This document shows positions 53,525-64,000 of a stretch of 64,000 nt of DNA, in pieces. Numbering within the stretch: the stretch's first letter is position 1; every line of letters begins with the position of its first letter. The position numbers and the translations under genes are program-made. Source of the stretch: Eledone cirrhosa (taxonomy: Eukaryota); assembly GCA_964016885.1 (NCBI GenBank), contig OZ024740.1:169446001-169510000 (forward strand). The letters are read 5' to 3'. Below the pieces are notes generated by a model. It was not told the DNA's origin, did no database searches, and saw only the letters and a list, made by a program, of their open reading frames with translations.

Positions 53525-53737
53525 GTCTTTCCTCTACCGTCAGTGCAGTGAAGCACGATACTAGTACTATATATCCACCCTTAACGAACCTGTCCATATC
53601 ATGTCCCGCACCAGTGCCTGCACAAGCACCAGCAACCATAAGTACCAATCAGTCTGCTATTGAAATTGCGACTTCAACATCGAAAATAGTGGTACATAGT
53701 ACAATAGGAAACGATGAGGGTACTACAGCCACTAAAG
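53525..53737 (+). CDS. Host gene exon 5: Ser/Thr/Pro-rich mucin-like stalk
   Basis: Acceptor tcattacag|, donor aag|gttggt, 213 nt, phase 1/1; SSTVSAVKHDTSTIYPP..PAPVPAQAPATIST..TTATK. Confidence 0.68.
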
Positions 53738-54128
53738 GTTGGTATCATCCTTAATATAATGTTTGTACACACGTGCACATACACACGCCCACACATATGG
53801 ACACACACGCACGCGCAAACAAACAATCTCAAATAATATATATTTACAAACACGTCGTATTTCATTGCCGCAGTTTCAAAGAGAAAGAATAATATTAGTT
53901 ATCTTAATTAATGAAGACAATCAACATTGCAACATGTGTTTTTCTTCAGCGGGAAGGCATCAGCAAGAAAGAATTTTCCCCAAGCCAGCAATACATGCGT
54001 TATCTTATATGAGGATGCATGCGTAATGGCAATTATGACGTTGGCAACATTGGACAGGCGACAGGCTCTTAAGAACGCTTAAAATATCTCATCAACAAAT
54101 CTGCCAAAGAGGGAGTATAAAATAATCA

Positions 54129-54205
<77 letters not shown>

Positions 54206-54358
54206 ATAAATGCTCTGAAATAGCGATATATATGTGAGTATAGACATAGAATATTCGAAAATATTCTGTATGTTTATAATAAACATTTTGAAGACCTAAT
54301 CGCTATAGAATAGAATACGTCACGTATTACAATTAGATTCTCGATAAAAGCAAGGGAA

Positions 54359-54401
54359 GTAATCTACGCGTTTCATTCTTGTTAGAATTCATCAGGACTA
54401 C
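54359..54401 (-). ncRNA. Minimal type I hammerhead, minus-arm copies (also 54669, 54979; truncated at 55289-55322)
   Basis: Reverse complement of the 55589-55631 motif. Confidence 0.9.
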
Positions 54402-55588
54402 ATATCCAGTGCTTTTATCGAGAATGACACAGCTAGAGACTTATAGAATACTTAGCTGTGTACTGGAACTGGTTTGAAAGAGCGGTTGCCGGTCCGGCAG
54501 AAATTAGAAATTGGAATAAATGCTCTGAAATAGCGATATATATGTGAGTATAGACATAGAATATTCGAAAATATTCTGTATGTTTATAATAAACATTTTG
54601 AAGACCTAATCGCTATAGAATAGAATACGTCACGTATTACAATTAGATTCTCGATAAAAGCAAGGGAAGTAATCTACGCGTTTCATTCTTGTTAGAATTC
54701 ATCAGGACTACATATCCAGTGCTTTTATCGAGAATGACACAGCTAGAGACTTATAGAATACTTAGCTGTGTACTGGAACTGGTTTGAAAGAGCGGTTGCC
54801 GGTCCGGCAGAAATTAGAAATTGGAATAAATGCTCTGAAATAGCGATATATATGTGAGTATAGACATAGAATATTCGAAAATATTCTGTATGTTTATAAT
54901 AAACATTTTGAAGACCTAATCGCTATAGAATAGAATACGTCACGTATTACAATTAGATTCTCGATAAAAGCAAGGGAAGTAATCTACGCGTTTCATTCTT
55001 GTTAGAATTCATCAGGACTACATATCCAGTGCTTTTATCGAGAATGACACAGCTAGAGACTTATAGAATACTTAGCTGTGTACTGGAACTGGTTTGAAAG
55101 AGCGGTTGCCGGTCCGGCAGAAATTAGAAATTGGAATAAATGCTCTGAAATAGCGATATATATGTGAGTATAGACATAGAATATTCGAAAATATTCTGTA
55201 TGTTTATAATAAACATTTTGAAGACCTAATCGCTATAGAATAGAATACGTCACGTATTACAATTAGATTCTCGATAAAAGCAAGGGAAGTAATCTACGCG
55301 TTTCATTCTTGTTAGAATTCATTCCCTTGCTTTTATCGAGAATCTAATTGTAATACGTGACGTATTCTATTCTATAGCGATTAGGTCTTCAAAATGTTTA
55401 TTATAAACATACAGAATATTTTCGAATATTCTATGTCTATACTCACATATATATCGCTATTTCAGAGCATTTATTCCAATTTCTAATTTCTGCCGGACCG
55501 GCAACCGCTCTTTCAAACCAGTTCCAGTACACAGCTAAGTATTCTATAAGTCTCTAGCTGTGTCATTCTCGATAAAAGCACTGGATAT

Positions 55589-55631
55589 GTAGTCCTGATG
55601 AATTCTAACAAGAATGAAACGCGTAGATTAC
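55589..55631 (+). ncRNA. Minimal type I hammerhead, plus-arm copies (55589, 55899, 56209, 56519, 56829, 57139, 57449, 57759)
   Basis: gtagtc CTGATGA attc-taacaa-gaat GAAA c-gc-g TA gattac. Stem I is extended by a perfect 16-bp helix attctcgataaaagca/tgcttttatcgagaat beyond an internal loop. Confidence 0.92.
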
Positions 55632-57945
55632 TTCCCTTGCTTTTATCGAGAATCTAATTGTAATACGTGACGTATTCTATTCTATAGCGATTAGGTCTTC
55701 AAAATGTTTATTATAAACATACAGAATATTTTCGAATATTCTATGTCTATACTCACATATATATCGCTATTTCAGAGCATTTATTCCAATTTCTAATTTC
55801 TGCCGGACCGGCAACCGCTCTTTCAAACCAGTTCCAGTACACAGCTAAGTATTCTATAAGTCTCTAGCTGTGTCATTCTCGATAAAAGCACTGGATATGT
55901 AGTCCTGATGAATTCTAACAAGAATGAAACGCGTAGATTACTTCCCTTGCTTTTATCGAGAATCTAATTGTAATACGTGACGTATTCTATTCTATAGCGA
56001 TTAGGTCTTCAAAATGTTTATTATAAACATACAGAATATTTTCGAATATTCTATGTCTATACTCACATATATATCGCTATTTCAGAGCATTTATTCCAAT
56101 TTCTAATTTCTGCCGGACCGGCAACCGCTCTTTCAAACCAGTTCCAGTACACAGCTAAGTATTCTATAAGTCTCTAGCTGTGTCATTCTCGATAAAAGCA
56201 CTGGATATGTAGTCCTGATGAATTCTAACAAGAATGAAACGCGTAGATTACTTCCCTTGCTTTTATCGAGAATCTAATTGTAATACGTGACGTATTCTAT
56301 TCTATAGCGATTAGGTCTTCAAAATGTTTATTATAAACATACAGAATATTTTCGAATATTCTATGTCTATACTCACATATATATCGCTATTTCAGAGCAT
56401 TTATTCCAATTTCTAATTTCTGCCGGACCGGCAACCGCTCTTTCAAACCAGTTCCAGTACACAGCTAAGTATTCTATAAGTCTCTAGCTGTGTCATTCTC
56501 GATAAAAGCACTGGATATGTAGTCCTGATGAATTCTAACAAGAATGAAACGCGTAGATTACTTCCCTTGCTTTTATCGAGAATCTAATTGTAATACGTGA
56601 CGTATTCTATTCTATAGCGATTAGGTCTTCAAAATGTTTATTATAAACATACAGAATATTTTCGAATATTCTATGTCTATACTCACATATATATCGCTAT
56701 TTCAGAGCATTTATTCCAATTTCTAATTTCTGCCGGACCGGCAACCGCTCTTTCAAACCAGTTCCAGTACACAGCTAAGTATTCTATAAGTCTCTAGCTG
56801 TGTCATTCTCGATAAAAGCACTGGATATGTAGTCCTGATGAATTCTAACAAGAATGAAACGCGTAGATTACTTCCCTTGCTTTTATCGAGAATCTAATTG
56901 TAATACGTGACGTATTCTATTCTATAGCGATTAGGTCTTCAAAATGTTTATTATAAACATACAGAATATTTTCGAATATTCTATGTCTATACTCACATAT
57001 ATATCGCTATTTCAGAGCATTTATTCCAATTTCTAATTTCTGCCGGACCGGCAACCGCTCTTTCAAACCAGTTCCAGTACACAGCTAAGTATTCTATAAG
57101 TCTCTAGCTGTGTCATTCTCGATAAAAGCACTGGATATGTAGTCCTGATGAATTCTAACAAGAATGAAACGCGTAGATTACTTCCCTTGCTTTTATCGAG
57201 AATCTAATTGTAATACGTGACGTATTCTATTCTATAGCGATTAGGTCTTCAAAATGTTTATTATAAACATACAGAATATTTTCGAATATTCTATGTCTAT
57301 ACTCACATATATATCGCTATTTCAGAGCATTTATTCCAATTTCTAATTTCTGCCGGACCGGCAACCGCTCTTTCAAACCAGTTCCAGTACACAGCTAAGT
57401 ATTCTATAAGTCTCTAGCTGTGTCATTCTCGATAAAAGCACTGGATATGTAGTCCTGATGAATTCTAACAAGAATGAAACGCGTAGATTACTTCCCTTGC
57501 TTTTATCGAGAATCTAATTGTAATACGTGACGTATTCTATTCTATAGCGATTAGGTCTTCAAAATGTTTATTATAAACATACAGAATATTTTCGAATATT
57601 CTATGTCTATACTCACATATATATCGCTATTTCAGAGCATTTATTCCAATTTCTAATTTCTGCCGGACCGGCAACCGCTCTTTCAAACCAGTTCCAGTAC
57701 ACAGCTAAGTATTCTATAAGTCTCTAGCTGTGTCATTCTCGATAAAAGCACTGGATATGTAGTCCTGATGAATTCTAACAAGAATGAAACGCGTAGATTA
57801 CTTCCCTTGCTTTTATCGAGAATCTAATTGTAATACGTGACGTATTCTATTCTATAGCGATTAGGTCTTCAAAATGTTTATTATAAACATACAGAATATT
57901 TTCGAATATTCTATGTCTATACTCATATATATATATATATATATA

Positions 57946-58730
57946 CTATCAGAGATTCCCGGTGTTGCTCGGGTATTAAATAGCAGTCATATATAGCATT
58001 CATGTCAATACTTCGGTGCTGCTTCGAAAACTATACTCGTACAAAATCATTGGCTTTTTTCAAAAGTGGATTCCTGCCCCCAAGCGTCCCCTACTAAATG
58101 TGTGCCAATTTTTGGTGTTCAAATTCATCTGTAGAACATGGTAGTCCATGTGTCAAGTTTAGTGAAAATCGGTTGTGAATTCCAGAAGTTATGACGTTTT
58201 GTTGCATTGCACTGCAGTGCTTCAGTCGACTCCAAGGAAGCGGTCAAAAGGGGTTATCTGCCTCCGGGAGGCCCTATAATCAATATCTGGAAAAATGAAA
58301 GTGCTCATGACCATCTGGAGTACATAAGTAACCTATGTCTTAAATACAACGCTGAAAACTCTGAAAATATTTTCAGCGGGTTTTTGTACTCCCGGGGAAC
58401 CCTAATAAGGGGGTTTAACTCCCATCAGGGTGTCTTAATATTATTGAAATTTAGTGAAATTTTGTGAATAGGCATCATAACTTGTCATTTACCTATGGTT
58501 TAAATTTCATATAAATTGAATGGAAAACATTTTCAGCGAGGCTTTTCAGTGGGGGTTTTATGCCCCCGGGGAACCCTTTGACTAAAATGAAATAGACTTA
58601 TCCAAGTACCCTATGCAATGTAATTTTAGAATATATGGTTATGGGGGTCTATCTCCAAAACCACAGAAGTAGTTCGTGAACAAACAAATAAAGAAACAAA
58701 CAGACAAGAATACAACTTTATATATATATT
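57946..58730 (-). mobile_element. Non-autonomous Helitron (decayed ends)
   Basis: ctat (decayed CTAG) plus hairpin cccggtgttgctcggg at the left end; acaaac/agac repeats and tttatatata at the right end. Confidence 0.65.
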
Positions 58731-58860
58731 AATATACTAAATTAATCACACTTGTAATGATAATAGAATTTAGAAATGAAAATCTGTCAATCTTGAAGCA
58801 CCTTAGGATAAAAAATATTCATTGTGTAGATTGTGTGTGTATTTAATAACGTACCCAATG

Positions 58861-58911
<51 letters not shown>

Positions 58912-61331
58912 ACACATATATTCATATACAAAATGTGATGTCCTATTGTTTTAATTCAAATTAAAATAAAAAATTACCACGCATACACTCACACACACAT
59001 ACACAAACACATACACTCTCACATAGACTCACACACACTCTCACATACACTCACACACACTCACACACATACACTCACACACACTCACACACATATACTA
59101 AAACAGACACACAGAGACATACATTCATGGACACCTGTCTGTCATCACATATGTATCTGTAGGTGTAGATGTGTGTGTGCACACTCATATACAAAATGTA
59201 ACGTTGTCGTGTTGGTGGTGGTTTACTATTGTTCACTAAAGAAAATATCGTTATGTCAATCAACACACATACACTCAGACACACACACACTCTCACATAA
59301 ACTCACACACTCATACACTCTAACATACATTCACATACATATACTAATACAGCCACATACACATAGAAAATGTGACGTCTACAGTCTCACATACACTCAC
59401 ACACATTATGTGTATGTATGTGTAGATGTGTGAGTGTTTAATTCTCTAAGGCCTTACATACATAACAAACGCACAAACATACAGACACACTCACAGACAC
59501 ATACACACTCATATACAAAATGTGAGTCGTCGTCGTCGCGTGGTGGTTTACTATAGTTGACTATAAGAATATTATTTTAGATAAAAACGTTATATTGTTT
59601 TAATCCAAATGAAAATAAAAATTACATGTTGACACTCTCGGGGTCTAATGCTATTAACCTTGTAAAATATGGTTTGATTAGGTCCAGCCCTTAGAGAATG
59701 CATAGGAACAGACAGAAAGACAGAGAATTTTTTACATAGAGGGATATACACTATCAGAAAACTTTGTGTGTGTGTGTGTGTTTGCTTGAGTACGTATGTA
59801 TGTAGGTGTGTATGTATATGTGTATATATGTATGTATGTATGTATGTATATGTATATATGTGTATGTATGTATCTATGTATGTACTTACGTGTCAGGTCA
59901 CCAGTTGGTGCTACTGCTAACATGTATCCCAGTACAACCTGTCTCATGGCGACTAAACTGGTAACCCCACCAAGGTTTCTTGGTGAGGAGGGCGACTTTG
60001 GACATCCTGCAGGGCTAAAAACAAAACCTTTCAAAGGGCATAAGAGCTCTTAAGAGTCAATGGCCATCCAAAATCACCGGGAGAGATGAACCCTTAGCCT
60101 TTGTCAAGGCAGAATTCTAGGAGAAGGAAATCTCTGATATAATACCTGCAACCCTGATGGTATCCGATGATGTTGACTTGTTCTTCTTTTTGGTAAATAT
60201 CATCTTGGTTAAGAGAGTGGGACTGGCTTTGTGCAGTGCCTTTGCTCACTATAAAAGCTTCACGGCACAGGCATTGCTTTATATCTGGAGATCTCTCTGC
60301 ACTTGTCGTCACATGGTACCATGGGCCCAGCACTATGTGTCAATAATTGTCACAAGTGTAGTGTACCAGAGTTTTCAAGTCGCTGGCTGGACTAAAAAGT
60401 CACACTCGTTCAGCGCATCGGTAGGGGTTCTCCTACATGGATATAAAGTAGTGGCCGTACTCGAAAACGAGTTGGCAGCCACCATGTACTTACGTATGAA
60501 TGCATATGTGTATCTGTGCCTATGTGTATATATACGGTATATATGTATATGTGTGTATGCACTCATGTATGTGTGTAAATGTATATGTATTTATATGTAT
60601 GTATATGTACATATGTTTATGCGCGTGCATGTATGTATGCACTCATGTACATAGTCAGAGAGAGAAAGAGAGTGAGAGTGAGAGAGATAGAGAGAGAGAA
60701 GAAGGAAAAAAACCGAAGATGAATAAAAACTCATATAACTTTAATTTGAGGGAAATATATTCGTATGTCAATTACGTATGTCTATATATAAATATATATC
60801 TTAATATTATGTGTATTTATATTAATTGTTTAAAATTTGTTTATTATATAATGTTTTTCATTCGTTTATAAGTAGATATATAAATGAAAAAATAAATAGA
60901 TGGGTATATCATATTATAGATATTTGTTCAAATGAGTTATGAGGGATATTGGTTTTGTATTTTATGTAAATAAATATGTATTTAAAATTGAAAGTATATG
61001 CATTTATATGTATGTAATGTACCTATGTGTATATTATATGTATGTGTATTTGTATGTGCATATGTATGTGTATATGTATATATGCACTCAAGTATGTGTC
61101 CAGCCAACCAAACTTATATGGTTATAATAACGATTTATAATTATGGTACATAAGTACAACAGTATATTAGGGTTAACTTATTAATACTTTTTTTCTTTAT
61201 TCTTATTTTATTTACAGCCAACCTTCGTCTTAGGTACATAGCTTACTATGTAAATCATAAACAACGACTTCGGTAGTTTCCGCCCGATTTCGTAGACGCT
61301 AAGCAGGTCATGATATATATATATATATACA

Positions 61332-61423
<92 letters not shown>

Positions 61424-61522
61424 GCAGAAACACACACACATATATATATATACAGGGTGTCCCACAAAATGTATACGCATTTTGATTAGAATGTTGTTGA
61501 AGTATATATACATTTTTAGGGA

Positions 61523-61577
<55 letters not shown>

Positions 61578-61580
<3 letters not shown>

Positions 61581-62382
61581 TAATCTATAAAGCTCAGTGT
61601 ATGGACATGCTCCTTCGTTATAGAAATCTGCGATATAGAATTTCTTCAATTGAAATTTACAACTCAGTATTCGAAATAGCTTCGATTGCGTCTTGACGCA
61701 GATAATCTTTTCAATTTCACCCACAATTACGCAAAAAATAGATAAAACTCAATATTTTACGATTTTTCTCTCTCATTTAAACTGCTGAACTCTTTCTACT
61801 ACCATTCAAAATCTATACAACTTCATACTTTCTGCTACTTTCTCTTTCCAAGCCTGATGGTGATACTGTCTGTTCACACCACTCCCTACTGTCTTAAATT
61901 TAGAAAACACATATCCTCTATAAGGTTACTAAACCTGCTAGAAACACAGCTAACTCTCCCCCATAACACACCACTCCCTACTGTCTTAAATTTAGAAAAC
62001 ACATATCCTCTATGAAGTCACTAAACCTGCTAGAAACAACAGCTAACTCTCCCTCATATCACAGCCCTCCCTACTGTCTTAAATTTAGAAAACACACAGA
62101 CAACCATGCAGAACAACTCCATCGCAGCTCTGTTGTTCGGCTGGCATCGTCTACGCGCGTGTTGCGCAAGTACCGTGAAACAATAAATTTCAACACTTTT
62201 TTGCACAGAGATAATATCCATAGGCGAAACTGCAATTGTCACTGCTGGCGCAGCTCATGCTTCCATGTCTGCAATTCATTCACCCAGTGCCTGGCAGACA
62301 AAAAAGTGCTGCCATAAAATGGGTGGTGCAACCTAACTTTGCTAACTTAATGAATCCGAGCAACGCCGGGCTTTAATGCTAG
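61578..62382 (+). mobile_element. Non-autonomous Helitron with ~94-bp internal tandem repeats
   Basis: Hairpin ccgagcaacgccggg then CTAG|t at 62379-62382; repeats 61877-62097. Confidence 0.75.
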
Positions 62383-62744
62383 TATATATATATAATGAAA
62401 TTTCATTTTTTCTATTTATATATATATGTGTATGTGTGTGTGTGTTTTATGGTAGCTAAGATGCTTCCATAGGCGGTATGCCGGTTGAGCACTCTATGCT
62501 CTTGCAGAGCAGAGTATGATAGAACAGAAAACAGAAAATCAGTGGTGCATCTGAACTTAATTTATTGTGTGCTACAATTGTTTCGCCGGCGGACAGCTCG
62601 AGACGTGATCAATGTGTGGATCTGTCTGATTCTGGACCCGCAAGTTCGACGAATACGTCTAATGATTTCCGAGCATATTCTCTCACGTGAGAGAACACAC
62701 AATAAATTAAGTTCAGATGCATCACTGATTTTTCGTTTTCTATG

Positions 62745-62799
<55 letters not shown>

Positions 62800-62970
62800 T
62801 GTATGTATACTATATTTGGCAATATACCGTATTTTTAATTAAAAACATTTAGTTTTAAAGTAGTGACTATATCACTTACTTCTTTTCGGCGAAAGAGGGG
62901 AGAGAAACTGACACTGGAATTCTATAGGAATCCAGCTTCTATAATTTTCGGCGGAAGCAGTGGAGTGCGT

Positions 62971-63012
62971 GGCTCTGATGAACGCCAACCAGCGTGAAAC
63001 AGACTGTTAGCT
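62971..63012 (+). ncRNA. Type I hammerhead of a second retrozyme-like family
   Basis: ggct CTGATGA acgc-caacca-gcgt GAAA cag-a-ctg TT agct; stem I extension ttttcggcggaag/ctttcgccgaaaa. Confidence 0.8.
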
Positions 63013-63409
63013 TCTCTCCCTTCTTTCGCCGAAAAGAAGTAAGTGACAGAGTCACTACTTGAAAACTGATAGCGGATGGTCTTCAAAATGTTTTTAATTA
63101 AACATACGGTATATAGCCAAATATACTATACATACATTCATGTATAAATCGCTATTTCAGAGCACCAATCCTAATATATATATATATATATATATATTTG
63201 TGTGCGTGTGTGTTAGTATGTATTATGTATGTATATATGTATTTATATGTGTGTATATATGTGTACGTATATATGTTTCTATGTATCTGGCTGTTCGGCA
63301 ATCTCTCCGTACATTACAGAGATTGCCAAACTCACACTCGGGCATATTGTAAATGGACTGTTTTAACGACTACGAAATCTCGTGAAAACTACCTAAGACA
63401 TTGTTTATT

Positions 63410-63585
63410 ATTATCGGTAGAGCGTTGAACAACATCCTTTGCGATATATTGTTACGGCCCTTTACATTCTGTGTTCAAATCCAGTCGAGATTAGTTTACC
63501 TTTCATCCTAACAGGGTCGGTAAAATAAAGTCCCAGTAACGAACTAGGCTCCATTTAATCAACTTTACCGTCAACTGAAATTGTT
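63410..63585 (+). mobile_element. Older tRNA-derived SINE, inverted paralog of 22430-22620
   Basis: gtgttcaaatcc B-box and ctttcatcct..gggtcggtaaaataaag body. Confidence 0.75.
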
Positions 63586-64000
63586 GACCAGAGTGCGCCT
63601 GAGAATGCTAGCGACCCTGAGAATGCTAGCAACCTTTGCTAGGTGATTTTATGGCACATCAATTTTTTTGCGTGGAACTATCAATAGCTGTTTAAGTCAT
63701 ACGTCCTCCCATCCAGCTTTCTCCATTCAGAGTGAATAAGCCGGAGATGTTTGAGCTCGAAGAGTATTGAACTTATTTAACATAGTTATGTATAGGAATA
63801 GTAAACTTACTGCCTTAGCACTCAAGAAAAAACACAGAACAATTGAGGAAGTCATCGCAATTATTGAAGAAATTATAACCGAGGGAACATATTCAGGTAC
63901 TGTTCAAGTACCCTGTATATCCATGTTTGTAAAGCCCTTCGAATGACTGAAGCAATTCAATAACCCCCCCCCCCCCCCACCCTATAATGGTATAACCCGA

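Larger units (their letters stand above)
54200..57925. repeat. Head-to-head tandem array of a 310-bp hammerhead-containing monomer (non-LTR retrozyme-like)
   Basis: Period 310 (ttcccttgc at 55322, 55632, 55942...). About 3.6 units on - (54200-55322) and 8.4 units on + (55322-57925); (TA)n on both flanks. Confidence 0.95.

Noticed and set aside
54200-57925. CRISPR array or protein-coding repeat
   Set aside because: Units are identical with no unique spacers, no cas genes, no ORF, and the context is eukaryotic.

Overview
Repeat-dense, AT-rich animal genomic DNA. The SINE and microsatellite landscape suggests an octopod cephalopod (inference). One host gene can be reconstructed on the + strand from five small phase-1 exons spread over 46 kb: signal peptide, divergent C-type lectin-like domain, Cys motif and Ser/Thr/Pro stalk. 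The rest is mobile DNA: three stacked R4/Dong elements in (TAA)n, a CRE element, L1-Tx1 and RTE remnants, four Penelope-like elements (PLEs), non-autonomous Helitrons and tRNA-derived SINEs. The standout is non-coding. A 3.7-kb array (54200-57925) of a highly structured 310-bp monomer, each unit carrying a minimal type I hammerhead ribozyme (HHR), sits head-to-head inside a (TA)n tract, as expected for a non-LTR retrozyme / circular RNA system. About ten other HHR or HHR-like families occur in the window. They include a U3:A8 compensatory-core variant and a distant relative of the 310-mer that shares its 3' module and both insertion end points. All structures were read by eye; no folding or database search was run.
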